DNA of 64,000 nucleotides from an uncultured Methanosarcinaceae archaeon (GTDB taxonomy: Archaea; Halobacteriota; Methanosarcinia; Methanosarcinales; Methanosarcinaceae): the NCBI GenBank assembly GCA_963833425.1, contig CAWHXP010000008.1:532578-596577 (forward strand), in the 5' to 3' direction. The notes under the pieces were generated by a model. That model searched no databases. It was not told the DNA's origin and saw only the letters and a list, made by a program, of their open reading frames with translations. Position numbers and translations under genes: made by a program. Positions 23,439 to 36,610 of the stretch are shown in pieces; position 1 is the first letter of the stretch, and the number at the start of each line of letters is the position of its first letter.

Positions 23439-23699
23439 AAATATACCCTTCTCACTCTATTACATTTATTTAGAATATTAATGAATTAGTATAGTAAAAA
23501 TGGTAACTTTAGTAAAAAAAGTTTCTGCACTCAATTTCAAATTAAAAGATTTTCTAATATTTTCTGAAATCGAAAAAATTCATCACTATTTTTTGCATTC
23601 TGTAGTTGTAGAGAATTTTTGAAAATTTTAACATCTTTAAACTTTCGATTATCAAGTAAATTCGTCTTAGTTGTCTACAATATGCTGTAGGTGTATCTT

Positions 23700-23940
23700 T
23701 ACATGGTGGATGTATAAGTTCCAGTAAACTCATAATTCATTACATCCTAAAAACCGATGAGTTATCTATGATGTGCATAACTTTAAGTTTGACTACAATT
23801 AATCAAAAATTTTTATAAACAGATATGCTGGATATGTGCACAGAAGCGTTTGTTTGCCTATTTACCCGGTATTAGTCATTGAAAGTTGGATCGATTTTTA
23901 AGCTATATCATGTTGAAAAAAATAAAAGAATTCTTGTTTA
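23700..23940 (+). pseudogene. Possible relic of a DegT/DnrJ sugar aminotransferase C-terminus
   Basis: Fragment SVCLPIYPVL resembles the LSLPIYPxL C-terminal motif; lies in a sugar-modification neighbourhood. Confidence 0.35.
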
Positions 23941-24421
23941 AACCGCTGAAATGGATTTGAATGCAATTAACGAAACAATACCGAACTTATCAAGAAAATT
24001 AGAAAAAAAATGAGTGGGTAAACTTCCATTTTTCTATTGATTAGGCAAAGCATTGAGTGTGAAAATAAGTAGTTAGTTAGCAATCTTCTCTTTCCATCCA
24101 CCACATAAACTAAATTCCTGTAACCACAATATGGGCCATCTATGAATCAAAAGCAGACTCATATCTTTTAGTGGTTTAAATTAAGTGCTTGATTTTTTTT
24201 CGACCTACATCAAGTAATTTACTGTCTCAATTTTTAAAGAACTCCATTACCAAAATTTCCCCGGATATTGCTATCGAAGTTAAGCATCTGAAGAGGAAAA
24301 TGGATAAAATGAAATGCCATAATTTTGTTTTTGTACGTTTTAGAGTTAAATTATCTCAAAAAAAGGTTTGGGTCAAGACTCTTGAATCTGATCCAAATTA
24401 ATGTTTTTTAAAGTCATCTCA

Positions 24422-25610
24422 CTACTGCTTCATCAGTACTCTACGGTGAACGTCCAATTCAGTTTTAATTCGTTTATCCCAATTTCTCTTCGTTAATATA
24501 GTTTTTCTTGCATTTATCCCGATTTTCGTCCTCAATTCCTCATTATTATACAGAAGTATAATATTGTCTACAAAATTATCAATATCACCAGATTTGGCCA
24601 AAAGTCCATTTTCGATATGTTTTATGAGATTTCTTTTTGTACCACTGTCAAATGCTATTACTGTTTTTTCGCAAGCCATAGCTTCTTGCACTGAACGATT
24701 CATATTACTATAAAGACTCGTAGCGATAACAACATCAGAAATTGAAAGAATTCTATAATTTACCTAGTGAGAGTCCACCAAGAAACTTTACTTTATTATC
24801 CACTTTAAGCTCTTTTGATAGATTTATTAGTGATTCTTTTAAGGGTCCACGGCCAGCAATCAACAGATACGAATTCTTTGAATCAGATGCATCAACAAAT
24901 AATTTAAATGATTTGATAGCCAAATCAATGCTTTTGACAGATTCCAGAGAGCTTGTCGATAGAATAATAAAACTCGAGTTTTCAATTGATAATTTATCGA
25001 TGAGTGATTTCTTTTTGTCGATGGATCTGTAAACTTCAGTATCAATTCCATGATAAACGGGAGTGACTTCATTACCCTATACTTTTTTAAATTTAGCAGT
25101 ACTTGATGATTCGTCATGTATCACAATAGATGCATTTGGTTTACACAATTTTGCTAAAACTGTTTCATATATATCAGCTGCTTTTGAATATGCAGCACCT
25201 GATCCATGAAGCATGCCTACTACAGGAACTCCTAATATTTTTCCAATAATTGTGCAGTAAACAACATTAGAGATTCCATGCGCATAATAATATCAGAGCG
25301 TTCCATTTTTTTTTAATGTTGAATATACACTAATCGGATAGAGTAAATCAATCAACGGCAGAACCGGCATTTTTTTTATAAATTTCAAGGACAAAACTCT
25401 TGTCCGTATAATTTTTATCCCAAAATTTTCATCAAACTCTCTACAACTTTCACCAAAATTTGGTGCAATTAAAATTTGATCCTTCATACATGAATTTATT
25501 TTTGTGGATAGTTCTTGAATATGAGTTGCGGAACCTCCTATGATAGGATAAAAATGATATACTACTCTTGCGACACAAATTTTTTGTGATAACTGCTCTG
25601 TTGAATTCAT
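24422..25610 (-). pseudogene. Glycosyltransferase family 4, several frameshifts
   Basis: Collinear fragments FYPIIGGSATHI, VGMLHGSG, and VQEAMACEKTVIAFDSG...ENGLL split over several frames. Confidence 0.85.
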
Positions 25611-27139
25611 AATTGCTCTTTTTTATGCCCTTTAGAAAATTTCGTTGAAATAGGAGTTGCTGAAAATAGGAAACAAAATATTTTGTTATGAATTTCGCAT
25701 AAGATGAGATGTACCTATTTTTCGAATTTTGTCGATGATCTAACAAAGTACCCAAAATCTCTCCTATGGAAAAAAATTGTCATTTTTTCCTTACTACTAT
25801 TACGTTCAAGTAAAATTTTAGTAGGCTTTTCTTACAACTTGCAAGTGTGATCTTTTATTATCCAATATTTAAATAGACTTTCCTACGTGTGCCTGAATTT
25901 CTTTAAAAAAAATTAGAATTGAATAATTTACTTCCAAGGCGATAGGATAGTCATTTTCTTAAATTATTTAAATTAGTGAGAATTTTTATTCTGTTTAGAT
26001 TGTTTGATTAATTGCTTTTATTTTCAGGGGCTAAATCCAAAATTTGACGATCCCTAAGCTTATTACTGCATTTCAAGTTTAGATTCTCCATAAAATATAA
26101 GTGATACTAATCTTCAGGTTTTTTTACTGACTCAGAGATAAATTTTCTCTGCAAAAGTGCTGCATCGTATTTAAAACTAAATATACATAAATTTTATATA
26201 TCAGAATTATCTATGGTTTGTAACCATTCATGGGTTTATATAGTTAAGTCGGGCCATATTAATTAATATATAATTTTTTATATCTAAGATCACTAAATTT
26301 ATCATTCTACCACAATAATATACTCAAAAATTCTTCGTGAGATTAATCTTAAATTCAATTTGCTTTCAGTGATTAGAAGCTTTCAGGATAGTTCTCGTGA
26401 TGAAAACAACTGGTTTCTGATTTAAAGGCATAATTCAAATAAACAAATTTTGATCTATGGGATTATACTCGAGCATAAAGAAAATGGAATTCCGGTGAAA
26501 TCAGATATTTAATTTTTTTATGGAAGATCAAGTTTCTTTATGAAAATTTGAGTTCACAAACTATTTTGAAAAACGAAGAAATGAAAAAATATATGAGGTT
26601 GAATTTTGAGCTTCTTAAAATTAGACTACCACATTTAAACTGATAAATAAACATTGTCGATATCAAGCTATTTAATCATGCTATTAGATAATATCCGTAG
26701 CTTTTAATTATTCTACCCAACTACATAAATTCTATAGAAGAAAGAAGTTGAGATGGAAAAAATTGAGAAAAAAAATTAATCAGTAGATTAGTGAGAATTT
26801 TGATAAGCCCCTAAATTTCATCGTATGTTTATAATGGGTATAATAAAAAACTAGTGAAAAATTATATGTTCAGTGAAATTCTCCTATATATCAACCATGT
26901 ATCAAAGAGATTTTGCTTACGGACCTTCCGATCTCCAACTCGAAGGAGTGGTTTGCCATAAATATAATTAACTAGTTCGTAAAAACAAATGAGTTCTATA
27001 AAAAAACCATATAGGATAATATATAATCTCTCTTTTTCTAGTATAGTAAGATTTTATTGATTGATCGAAAAATAGGTCTTTTCACAGATTATATTTAATC
27101 AAAAAAGGATCAGTTATATAATTTTAGAGATGCTATCTT

Positions 27140-28572
27140 CTGTCTGAAATTAAAAAATTTATTCCCGATGTTGGTGTAACATTTTTCTCCTCTCTGATGG
27201 CTGTACTCGTAGCTTTCCCAATTAACGTTTTGTTGGGAAGATATCTTGGAGCTGGTGATCTTGGATTATATAAGATGGTAAATACTATTTTTAGTACATT
27301 GATTCTCTTTGTCACGCTTGGAATTCCTGCATCTGTAATCAAAACCTGGCCGAGTTTTCAGGAGATTCCAAAAAGCAAGAGGAAGCAATCTCTTCGTGCA
27401 TTATTATATCTCTAATACTAGGAATAATATCATTTTTGTTTACATATTTTACTTCTGATTTATTTGCCAATTTTTTTAGTATGCCCCAGTTGTCAGTGCT
27501 GCTCAAAATTTTATCTTTTGCTTACCCTTTCTACATCCTAACTAGCATGCTTCTCTCATTTCTAAATGAAATTAGGGAAATGACCAAAAATGCATGGTCT
27601 ACAATTGTTCAGAGTTTGTCTCTTTTTATCATTACTTTTTTGCTCCTGTTAGCATACGGGATAGAAGGCGCAGTTCTTGCAATAGTAATTTCTTCGATCT
27701 TAACATCTATATTTATGATTCTTGTCTACAGATTGCCTCGAGTCTCTTGGGTTAACTATTTTCAACTAACAAAGCAAATGATTTCTTTTGGCTCCATAAC
27801 ACTATTTTCAAATGCTATTAATTTAATCAATTATCAAGCTGATGTGCTCCTGATTGGATATTTCCTTTCATCGAGAGAATTGGGGATTTACAGTGTTTCA
27901 GTCATGTTTGCAAAAATCATATGGATACTACCAGATTCAATTCAGAAAATTACTTTCCCCTTGATTTTAGAATTTTATGCAAAAAAAAATGGATGATCCA
28001 ATAAAGATTGTTGTAGATCGTTGCATGAAATATAGCAGCATTTTTTTAGTTTTATTAAGTATGTTTTTTGTTTTTTTGGGAAACAGATTATAACTTCAAT
28101 CTTTGGAGCAGAATTTGAGCAAGCTTATATGCCTTTAAACATTTTATTAGTTGGCACAGTTCTATTCGGAATAACAAAATCTGTCGGCTCAATTTTCGCA
28201 AGTGTCGGAAAACTGAATATTGTGTATAGAATTCCATTAGTTTCAGCAATCATAAATGCCATATTGAACTTGATATTAATTCCTATTTACGGAATTAATG
28301 GTGCGACAGTTGTGACTACTGTATCCTTTCTAGTTTCAATGATCCTTATGATTCATTTTATGAATTCTTTATTAAGTATAAAGCTTGACTATGGATGGTA
28401 CTTGAGGTTACTAGTCCAATCAATCGTTATAATCTGTATTTATTTTAGTCTGAGTAAATCAATGAATAATATCTTATTAGGATCAATTCTAATATTAGTG
28501 CAAACCATTTCATCTATATTAGTTATCCCGGCTGATAATAAGAAAAAAGTATTCCAATTGATCGGAATATAA
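27140..28572 (+). pseudogene. Wzx-type polysaccharide/oligosaccharide flippase, frameshifted
   Basis: Fragments LGRYLGAGDLGLY, DVLLIGYFLSSRELGIYSV and LNLILIPIYGINGA lie in separate ORFs; canonical start lost. Confidence 0.88.
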
Positions 28573-29106
28573 CCCTTATTTTACATTTTTGAATCTTATG
28601 TTAAATGGAAATTTTCATTTCAAAGTAATGATGAACAATATTAAGGTCAACAAATTTTTGATCAAATTTTTGATATAGAATTTGATTGATTATGTGGATA
28701 AAGGAAAAAAAAAATCATTAATACTTTCTAATTAAGTTTCACGTATTCACGTAATAAAGTAGATATATAATTCTAACACGTACGAGAAAGCTATGGTAAT
28801 TTCAAACATTCCGGGAATCAGGACCAAGAACCGCTTAAAAAATTGAGCCGTGTACTTGGTCTTTCCTCAAGTACCTCTTTATAGCTTAATTTGTAAATTA
28901 TTTCCTAATACTTTCTATTGAGAACTCAGTTTTAGAGTAAGTTTTTAATCTTTTGATAGTTTCCTTGATGGATATTCGCATGAAATGTTCAGTAGGAAAT
29001 TTCTGACCAACGTTAATATTATCATCCCAATAACTTAACATTGCAAGTAGTACTTAGATAATATTAACCATATCACCGGAAGATCAACTGAAAAGTAGCT
29101 AAAAAT

Positions 29107-29689
29107 TTGGATTTCAATACTGTTGCACAATTTCATGGGCATGTCTGCCCAGGGCTTTCAATCGGCTATAGGGTGGCATTACTAGCTGCCAATCACTTTA
29201 AAGACCGGAGCAAAGACGAAGAATTAGTTGAAATTGTGGGAAATAGATCCTGTGCTGTTGATGCTATTCAGGTAATAAACGGCTGTACCTGCGGGAAAGG
29301 AAATCTTGTTTTTAAAGATCATGGGAAGCATGTTTACACATATTTCAAAAGAGGCGATAAAAAAAGCCATTAGGATTTCATTGAAACCCACCATCTTTTC
29401 ACAGGACGAAAAGCATTTTACACTCTTCGAAAAAATGAGAATGGATACTGCAAGCCCTGAGGATGCAAAGGAGTTTCGAGACTTAAACGAATTAAAAAAT
29501 CAGAGGATCCTGGAAATGCCAGACGAAAAACTTTTCTGGGTCAGTGATGTGGAAATAAAGCTTCCAGAAAAAGCAATAATTTATTCTACTCTGATCTGCA
29601 GTAAATGTGGAGAAGGGGTTATGGAACCTCTGGGAAGGGTGAAAAATGAAAAAAAATATGTATACCTTGCTTTGAAGCAAAAGATGAGT
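29107..29689 (+). pseudogene. FmdE-family protein with C-terminal zinc finger, two poly-A frameshifts
   Basis: FHGHVCPGL and CAVDAIQVINGCTCGKGNL; CSKCGE and CIPC fall in different frames. Confidence 0.85.
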
Positions 29690-30852
29690 GAAGATCTGGA
29701 GAGAACTACCTGCTGAATAGAACGTATCCATATCAGGTATGTAGAAAATAGCTGCCTTGAGGTTATGTGTACGAAGAAGTCTCCAAAAGGTTTCAAACTC
29801 GTCTTTAAAATATGTATAAGAATGTTTCATGTGTATTCAGTGAAGATGCTGAATGTAGAAAAAAACTTATTTTAATTGTTAGTTTTATACGAAGGACTCA
29901 TATTTAAATCAGAAAATAGCTATACTTAGCTTTCAAAGATATATCTAAAAATATATAACCTCGAAAAACTAAAACTACTCGATAAAGTTGTTACAGATCC
30001 CAAATAGAATAGTTCCCCCGAGCAATAAAATGGATTAGCAAATCATTTAGTTCCGGTTAAAATGCTTGAAATATATAATTATTTTGGGATAAGTTCCATG
30101 TCAGTTTTCTAATCTTGTGCTAATATCCATGAACAATACAAGCTTTGTCGTTGTTTTGGGATAAGCAAACAACTTAACTTATTTGAGATAATTGCCCCAG
30201 TTTATTTTAGAACTATCTATCCAACGGATAATACTCCAAAATAAGAGTTTATGAAAGCTCAGTAAGAAAAAAATTTTTGTCCCAGTAATAAATTTACCTC
30301 GCAATAAGTAAGAGATATTCTGAACAATTCAAGGGACTTCAGGAGAAGCATAAAAACTTACTTTTGTGGGAAATACATGTTTTGGCAATCTCTTGCTGAA
30401 TCTCTAAGTTTTGTAGTTCGGTATAGAAAATTTTCTTCATCCAGGTCTAGACTTTGAGAAAGCTAAATCAATCCATATGACTGCAAAGGGTGTGCAGCTT
30501 GGAGGGCTCACATATACGCGTGCTGACGTGATATCCTACTCTGTGGTCTTAAATGCCGAAACGTGGATTAAATCCAGAAAAAGGGAAAGAATGGCCAGAA
30601 AGATCCTCGAAAATTCGGAAAAGGGAAAATTATCGGATTATATTTTTATTAATCTTGGAGATTTTCACAATTTTAACATATATCTTTCCTAAAAGATATA
30701 GATTAATTTTATAGAACATCTTAATTATGTAGATCCAATTAACAGGTTGATACATTCTGGATTCAGGGACCACGTTACTTATACTTTCAATTCTATAATT
30801 CAATAGTGATGCCTGCTGTTTCTAACAAATAAAACAGTAGCAGTGCAAATTC

Positions 30853-32259
30853 TCAACAAATATTAGCCAAATCCTTTATAGGTTTACCTGTTCCTTTTAC
30901 CTCAAATTTTGCTCCTGTTTCAAAGAACTTACACGTTTTTTCGATGTCACCGACTAGAATTGATGCCATATCAGAAGTGAAATTCGCTCTTATTACAATG
31001 CGCATTATTTCGACATCTTCCGCATTTTTGGGCAGATGATAAGCGGGAACTGTCCAGCCCCTTTCTCTTAGTTTATGTGAAAGGTTTAGCAAAGAATATT
31101 CGGTCACTCTTTTTTTCTTGAAAGCAATTATCGGTAGCCTTTCTCCTTTGTTCAGCATTTCAAATCGGCCTAATTTTTCAAGCTTTTTAGCAAGATCCCG
31201 GGAAACTTCCAAGATATTTCCCATTATATCGATATAGCCAGCTCTGCCAAACCTTAGAATATTGTAATATTGAGCCACAATCATTGCGCTACCTCCTGAG
31301 AAATTAAGTGTGTAAGTATTTTCCTGTTCCCCAAGGTAGTTTACAGTGAAAATCAAATCTTTTGGGAGGTCTTTTTCATCTTGGAAGATCAGCCAACCAA
31401 GACCTGGATACGTTAATCCGTACTTGTGCCCGGAAACGTTTATTGATCTTACCCTATCAAGTCTGAAATCCCATTCAAAATCAGGCTCTGTGAAGGGTAA
31501 TATGAAACCACCACTCGCAGCATCTATGTGGATGGGTATATTCCAATCTTTTTCTCTCTTATAATCCATAAGCAAATCATTAATTTCTTTTATGGGATCG
31601 ATTTCTCCTGTATAAGTAGTTCCAAGTACACAACCTACACAAATGGTGTTCTCATCAATATGCTTTGAAACAGCCTCAGCTGTAATTGTACGCGTCTTCT
31701 CGGATATAGGAATCTTTATAGCATCGACGTCGAAGTATCTGGCAAATTTATCCCAGCAAACGTGAGCATCTGCTCCGAAAATAATATTCGGTTTACCTGT
31801 ACCGCGCCCAGAAATTTTCCAGTTCCACTTATGAGCCAGTAAACCTAGCATTATTGCCTCTGAAGAGCCTGCTGTTGCCGTACCCATGAACTTGGTATTG
31901 TGTCCGTTAAAAAGGCGGCCAAGTGTATTCACAATATTTTGATGAATGACCCTGGAAACTTGTGGATATTCAAAGACATCTATTATATTTTTATTGATAT
32001 TTTCCATGATAAGCTTATCTGCTTCAGGTTCCATCCATGTAGTGACAAAACTAGCTAGATTTAGTAAAGGATTGCCGTCGAGGCTCAGCTGATTGTGTAC
32101 TATCTGATAAGCAGCTCTTGGACTCATCCCCTCTTCAGGGAACTTGTATTTGGTAATTTCTTTTTCGGTGCCTTTTGGAAGATAGCTGGCATTATATGCT
32201 CCAACATGGCACTGTGCTGATTTATCTAATTTTTCCAGATTCACTTTTTTTGAAATCAT
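30853..32259 (-). CDS. gadB: Glutamate decarboxylase (PLP-dependent group II)
   Basis: LDGNPLLNLASFVTTWMEPE, GSSEA, HIDAASGGF, WDFRL and the SGHKYG PLP lysine. Confidence 0.93.
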   Translation of the reverse strand: MISKKVNLEKLDKSAQCHVGAYNASYLPKGTEKEITKYKFPEEGMSPRAAYQIVHNQLSLDGNPLLNLASFVTTWMEPEADKLIMENINKNIIDVFEYPQVSRVIHQNIVNTLGRLFNGHNTKFMGTATAGSSEAIMLGLLAHKWNWKISGRGTGKPNIIFGADAHVCWDKFARYFDVDAIKIPISEKTRTITAEAVSKHIDENTICVGCVLGTTYTGEIDPIKEINDLLMDYKREKDWNIPIHIDAASGGFILPFTEPDFEWDFRLDRVRSINVSGHKYGLTYPGLGWLIFQDEKDLPKDLIFTVNYLGEQENTYTLNFSGGSAMIVAQYYNILRFGRAGYIDIMGNILEVSRDLAKKLEKLGRFEMLNKGERLPIIAFKKKRVTEYSLLNLSHKLRERGWTVPAYHLPKNAEDVEIMRIVIRANFTSDMASILVGDIEKTCKFFETGAKFEVKGTGKPIKDLANIC

Positions 32260-33223
32260 AATTTTAACCCTTACATGTAATACAAAATTCCTGCATTTCC
32301 TCGTTTATCACTCAAAACAGAAGGAAAAATAAAAAGCTTTTGAGCATAAGGTTTAAACTTCTCATAGTTTACTTTTTCCATTAATCACTTTCGATATTAG
32401 TTTTTAGGAAATTTTTTGGGAAAAACGATGTGAAAATCTACCTAAACAAACTTCAAGAAGCTTAACATGTATATCAGGCTACTAAGTTCAATTTAATGGA
32501 GATTCGATGTTTCAGATAATTTCTACACAACCTATTTTATAAAAGCTTTGTGAATTTATCTAACTATAGAACTTCTACTAACCACATTCTGACAATAAAG
32601 CTAAAATCTGTTCTTCATAAGAAATTATTGGATAAATCCATATTTGGTTGTGTCTAGAACTGTGTATAATATCTGAAAAAAGTTTATATCCCCTGTATTA
32701 AGGAAAAAGTAGAGAAATCTTTGAGAATATATTTTTCAGTAACATGCCTCATAACCAAAAGTTGTTTTGCTGCTAAAAGAGAGTAGATTTCTCGAAGCTT
32801 ACATTCAAAGAAAATCTTGAACAACTCCTAAATTCTATCATATGCTAATAAATGAAATATATGACTCATAAAACTCATAGATTGATCTAAACCCTCTTAA
32901 AAATAACAAATTTTTGTATTAGTATATTTTTATACTGAAGTCCAATTATATCCAGAGGTAACTTCATAATCACTATCAAAGTTACATAAATATCTAAAAG
33001 AACAATCTTTTAGAAAAGTTATTTAATAGTCATATAAATATTATGTCCATTATTACCCTAATATCATATATAAATTATAAAATCAAAAATTTTAATTAAT
33101 AATTTAGATTCAATTTTATCTCTAATATTTTGGAACTGAGTCTACATATATGTTATCGGTTTCAGTAAATGGTTCTTACAACTCAAATTCGAAAATATCA
33201 AAATAATCCAAAGAAGTGATATC

Positions 33224-34204
33224 ATGATTTACCTCACTAGAGTTAAAAAAGACATTCCACAACGTGGTAAGGGGATAAGGTTGGCCATTTATCAGGGTGA
33301 AGGCTCCATTGGAACACCAAAAGCAGTACAAAGCAACATAGAAAAACTTGAAGAGGTTTTAAAGCAGGCCAAAAAGTATAATGCCCAACTCATCAGTTTT
33401 CCAGAGCTGTATATGACTGGCTACGCTCTTAACCCTGATCTAGTAAAAAAATTAGCAGAAGAGATTAATGGAACTTCCATTAGAAAAGTTTCCGAAATAG
33501 CCAAAAACAATGATATGGCTATTATCTTTCCTTATCCTGAAAGAGATTTAAGCTCAAGAGAAGTTCATTACTTTGACTCTATTGCTGTAATAAATTCTGA
33601 TGGCTCATTGCTACAAAATTACCGCAAAACACATCTCTTTGGACAGGTGGAGAAATCAAATTTTTCATTTGGATACACTGAGATAAATAATGAAAAACTG
33701 TTTCCTGTTATCAAAGTAGTAGATTTTCCTATTGGAATTTTAAATTGCTATGAGGCAGAATTTCCAGAATTATCGAGAATTTTAGCTATCAAGGGGGCCA
33801 AATTAATAGTAATCCCCACTGCTGCTGATTATTATTATACATTACTAGATGGGAAACATACACAAATACCCTATCCAGATGTTACAAAAAGTATTATTCC
33901 TTCGAATGCCTATTTTAATAAAATATTTATTGCTTATTCCAACCGCTGTGGCTGTGAAAAAGTAGGCAAAAATTCATGGCAATATAGAGGAAATTCTGTT
34001 ATCAGTAGTCCAAACGGCGATCTTTTATTAGCGGCCAGATCTGAAGAAACCCTTCTGATTGCAGATGTCATCCCCAGTGATTTTGGGCCCACACATCCGG
34101 AAGGAGATTATCTTAAAGATCGTAGACCAGAGCTTTATCGTGAACTCGTTACAAAAAATGTGACATTTGAAGGAGGATATGCCTACCTTGATAGGTCAGC
34201 TTGA
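33224..34204 (+). CDS. Carbon-nitrogen hydrolase (nitrilase/amidase superfamily)
   Basis: Catalytic triad context FPEL, YRKTHLF and NCYEAEFPE; C-terminal YLKDRRPELY. Confidence 0.92.
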   Translation: MIYLTRVKKDIPQRGKGIRLAIYQGEGSIGTPKAVQSNIEKLEEVLKQAKKYNAQLISFPELYMTGYALNPDLVKKLAEEINGTSIRKVSEIAKNNDMAIIFPYPERDLSSREVHYFDSIAVINSDGSLLQNYRKTHLFGQVEKSNFSFGYTEINNEKLFPVIKVVDFPIGILNCYEAEFPELSRILAIKGAKLIVIPTAADYYYTLLDGKHTQIPYPDVTKSIIPSNAYFNKIFIAYSNRCGCEKVGKNSWQYRGNSVISSPNGDLLLAARSEETLLIADVIPSDFGPTHPEGDYLKDRRPELYRELVTKNVTFEGGYAYLDRSA

Positions 34205-35444
34205 GATATATTTATGTACTAATACAGCTCTAAAATTTGAACTTTTACCTCAAAATAGGCAGCAGTTGATGAAAGTTACAACAATTTATGAATAGATGTC
34301 AACTGCATTTTGAGATCAGTATTTATTTAGGAATCTTAAAAATATTTTTACAGGCCCAATTGATTAATGAAACTTGACACTTAAACTAGACATCTTTCCC
34401 AATATCTTTTTATCGATTCAGGATGAAGCTTTAAAGCTCTGTGAAAACTATCTTCTTTCAATTATCAAACTGCCTCTTATAGAAAGTTGCTTAGATGGAA
34501 TTTCAGAAGCCAGTGAATGCGATCTTCTACCTCGTTCATGCAATGAATTTTGTGGCATTGTTAAGTAAAAATAGAATGCATATGACACGAAATTATTTTT
34601 AATTTACACAATTGTTTGCATACAGCAAGATACTTAAGCACCAGCATCAAGTGATAAGCGATCTGACCATATCCATGTATAAAGCTGTCAAATTCCATGC
34701 ATATCTGATCCCGGTTAGAAAGAGAAGTCATAATCTTTGATCATAATTGCTAAAAGAATCGTATTACAAAGAATTATGATTTAGAATGTTAGAAGAGACT
34801 AAAAAGAGGTGATTGTTAATCCCATACCCTCCCGAAAGGACAGGATATTCATTATCCACCGAACTCAAGAAGTGATGGAAATTACACCCTATAAATATAG
34901 AAGGATGATCTATAGCCTGGATATAGACCTTTCGTATGAACTTAAATTCAAATTTTAACCCCGATAAACATGCAAAATGTTTAAGAAAGTAAATAAGTAA
35001 CATTTTTTTGCGTCTCTACTTCTCAAAACATTTCTATAAAATTTTTAATTACTTTATATGACTTAAGAGTAGATAGAGCTAATGAAGTAATTGAGTTGTA
35101 CTTTCAAACACTGTATCTGAAGATGAAAAAATTCGGAGTGCTTCTAACCCACTTCTAATTCTATACCAAGTTGAATATTTAATAATCTGATCTAGCCCTG
35201 AGACTCTCTGTAGTCGTCAAAGTGATGATTAATTTGTCATAAACTTCAAAAAAGGGATTTATCAGCAGGTACATCCATTTATCCAAATCGTAAATGCAAT
35301 ATTGAATAGCCTAAGAATCCATTTTCTTCGAATATCGGAAAAAAACAAGAAAAAAATGATAAAAATTCTTTCTTGACATCGATTATTAAGTGTCAAATTG
35401 TTTTAAAACTATCAATTTTTGTGATAAGAGATCAAAATATAAAA

Positions 35445-36599
35445 TTATTTTCGATAAGCAAACAGAATGTTAGTAACGATATCATTCCAATCATATTTTT
35501 TAGCTTTGCAAAAAGCTCTCTCAACAGCCTCTTTGTAATCAATACTTTCTTGGATGATTTTTTTTATAGCGACTTTAACTGCATCTGCATCCAGGTTAAC
35601 AACAAACCCATCCATCCCGTCATCAACCAATTCCTGAGCTGCGTTGTATCTTTCCTTCACCGTCACCACAGGCACTCCGCAGGCAAAAGCCTCTATTACA
35701 ACCATTCCGAAACCTTCTCTGCTGGAAGGCAGCACAAGAACCTTTGAAGCCTTTATTTTTCCAATGAGCGCACGGTATTCCTGAAAGTCTACAAACTCTA
35801 AGTTTCCGCTTACTACTAGCTCTTTTGCAAGCTCCATAAGTTCTGCCTTTTCGGATCCTTCACCAACAATGCAGCATCTAATATTCGGGAAATCTGCTTT
35901 AAGAAGGAAAACTGCTTTAACTAAGACATCAACATTTTTTTCCTTAATAAGCCTACCTACGAAAATCACATCGTAGATTTTCCCATCAAGCCTTGAACAA
36001 GTTATAGCGCCTTCCGATTCGATCCCATTAATCATTTCAAGATCTATACCATTAGGGATAACCGTAATTTTTTCTTCAGGAACCAAAAGTGTTTCAAGCT
36101 TCTTCTTCGTCCAGTCCGAAACTGCTATGTTTTTGTCCGATATTTTTGAAATCGATTTTTCTATAACTTTTCCGAAAAAGCCTGCCTTTCCCAAATATTC
36201 ATACCAGTAATCACCCCAAACTTCATGCCATGTGAACACCGAAGGAGTTTTTTTCAGAATTGAGACCACTTTTGTGGTAAAACATGGAAAATATGGAAAT
36301 ACACTCACATCTATAAGGTCCATTTTTTCCCGTTGGAGATGGGAGAACAATTTCACTGAGAAAATAAGGGCTTCGGAAATTGATCTCCTACCGTTTACAT
36401 ACAGTTCCTTAGATTCACAAACTCCATGTAAAGTCATACCTTCATACTCAACAGTATCCTCCCCTTTCCACCACTTGATCCCAAAAATATGCACTTCGTG
36501 CCCCTTGACCGAGAGCCGCTTCCCCAATTCATGGATGCGCTTTTCTGCACCGCCTTTGACCCATGGATATACAGCGTCGTATACGAAGGCTATTTTCAT
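35445..36599 (-). CDS. Glycosyltransferase family 4
   Basis: YPWVKGGAEKR, FVGRLIKEK and PSSREGFGMVVIEAFACG. Confidence 0.93.
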   Translation of the reverse strand: MKIAFVYDAVYPWVKGGAEKRIHELGKRLSVKGHEVHIFGIKWWKGEDTVEYEGMTLHGVCESKELYVNGRRSISEALIFSVKLFSHLQREKMDLIDVSVFPYFPCFTTKVVSILKKTPSVFTWHEVWGDYWYEYLGKAGFFGKVIEKSISKISDKNIAVSDWTKKKLETLLVPEEKITVIPNGIDLEMINGIESEGAITCSRLDGKIYDVIFVGRLIKEKNVDVLVKAVFLLKADFPNIRCCIVGEGSEKAELMELAKELVVSGNLEFVDFQEYRALIGKIKASKVLVLPSSREGFGMVVIEAFACGVPVVTVKERYNAAQELVDDGMDGFVVNLDADAVKVAIKKIIQESIDYKEAVERAFCKAKKYDWNDIVTNILFAYRK

Positions 36600-36610
36600 T
36601 TTATCACTTA

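Noticed and set aside
30477..30692. 71-aa ORF downstream of gadB
   Set aside because: No RBS or recognisable domain; probably a relic fragment.
34220..34360. Possible decayed IS5-derived MITE (ctctaaaatttgaactttt ... ttttacaggccc)
   Set aside because: The resemblance to the IS5 ends is partial and no TIR pair can be defined.
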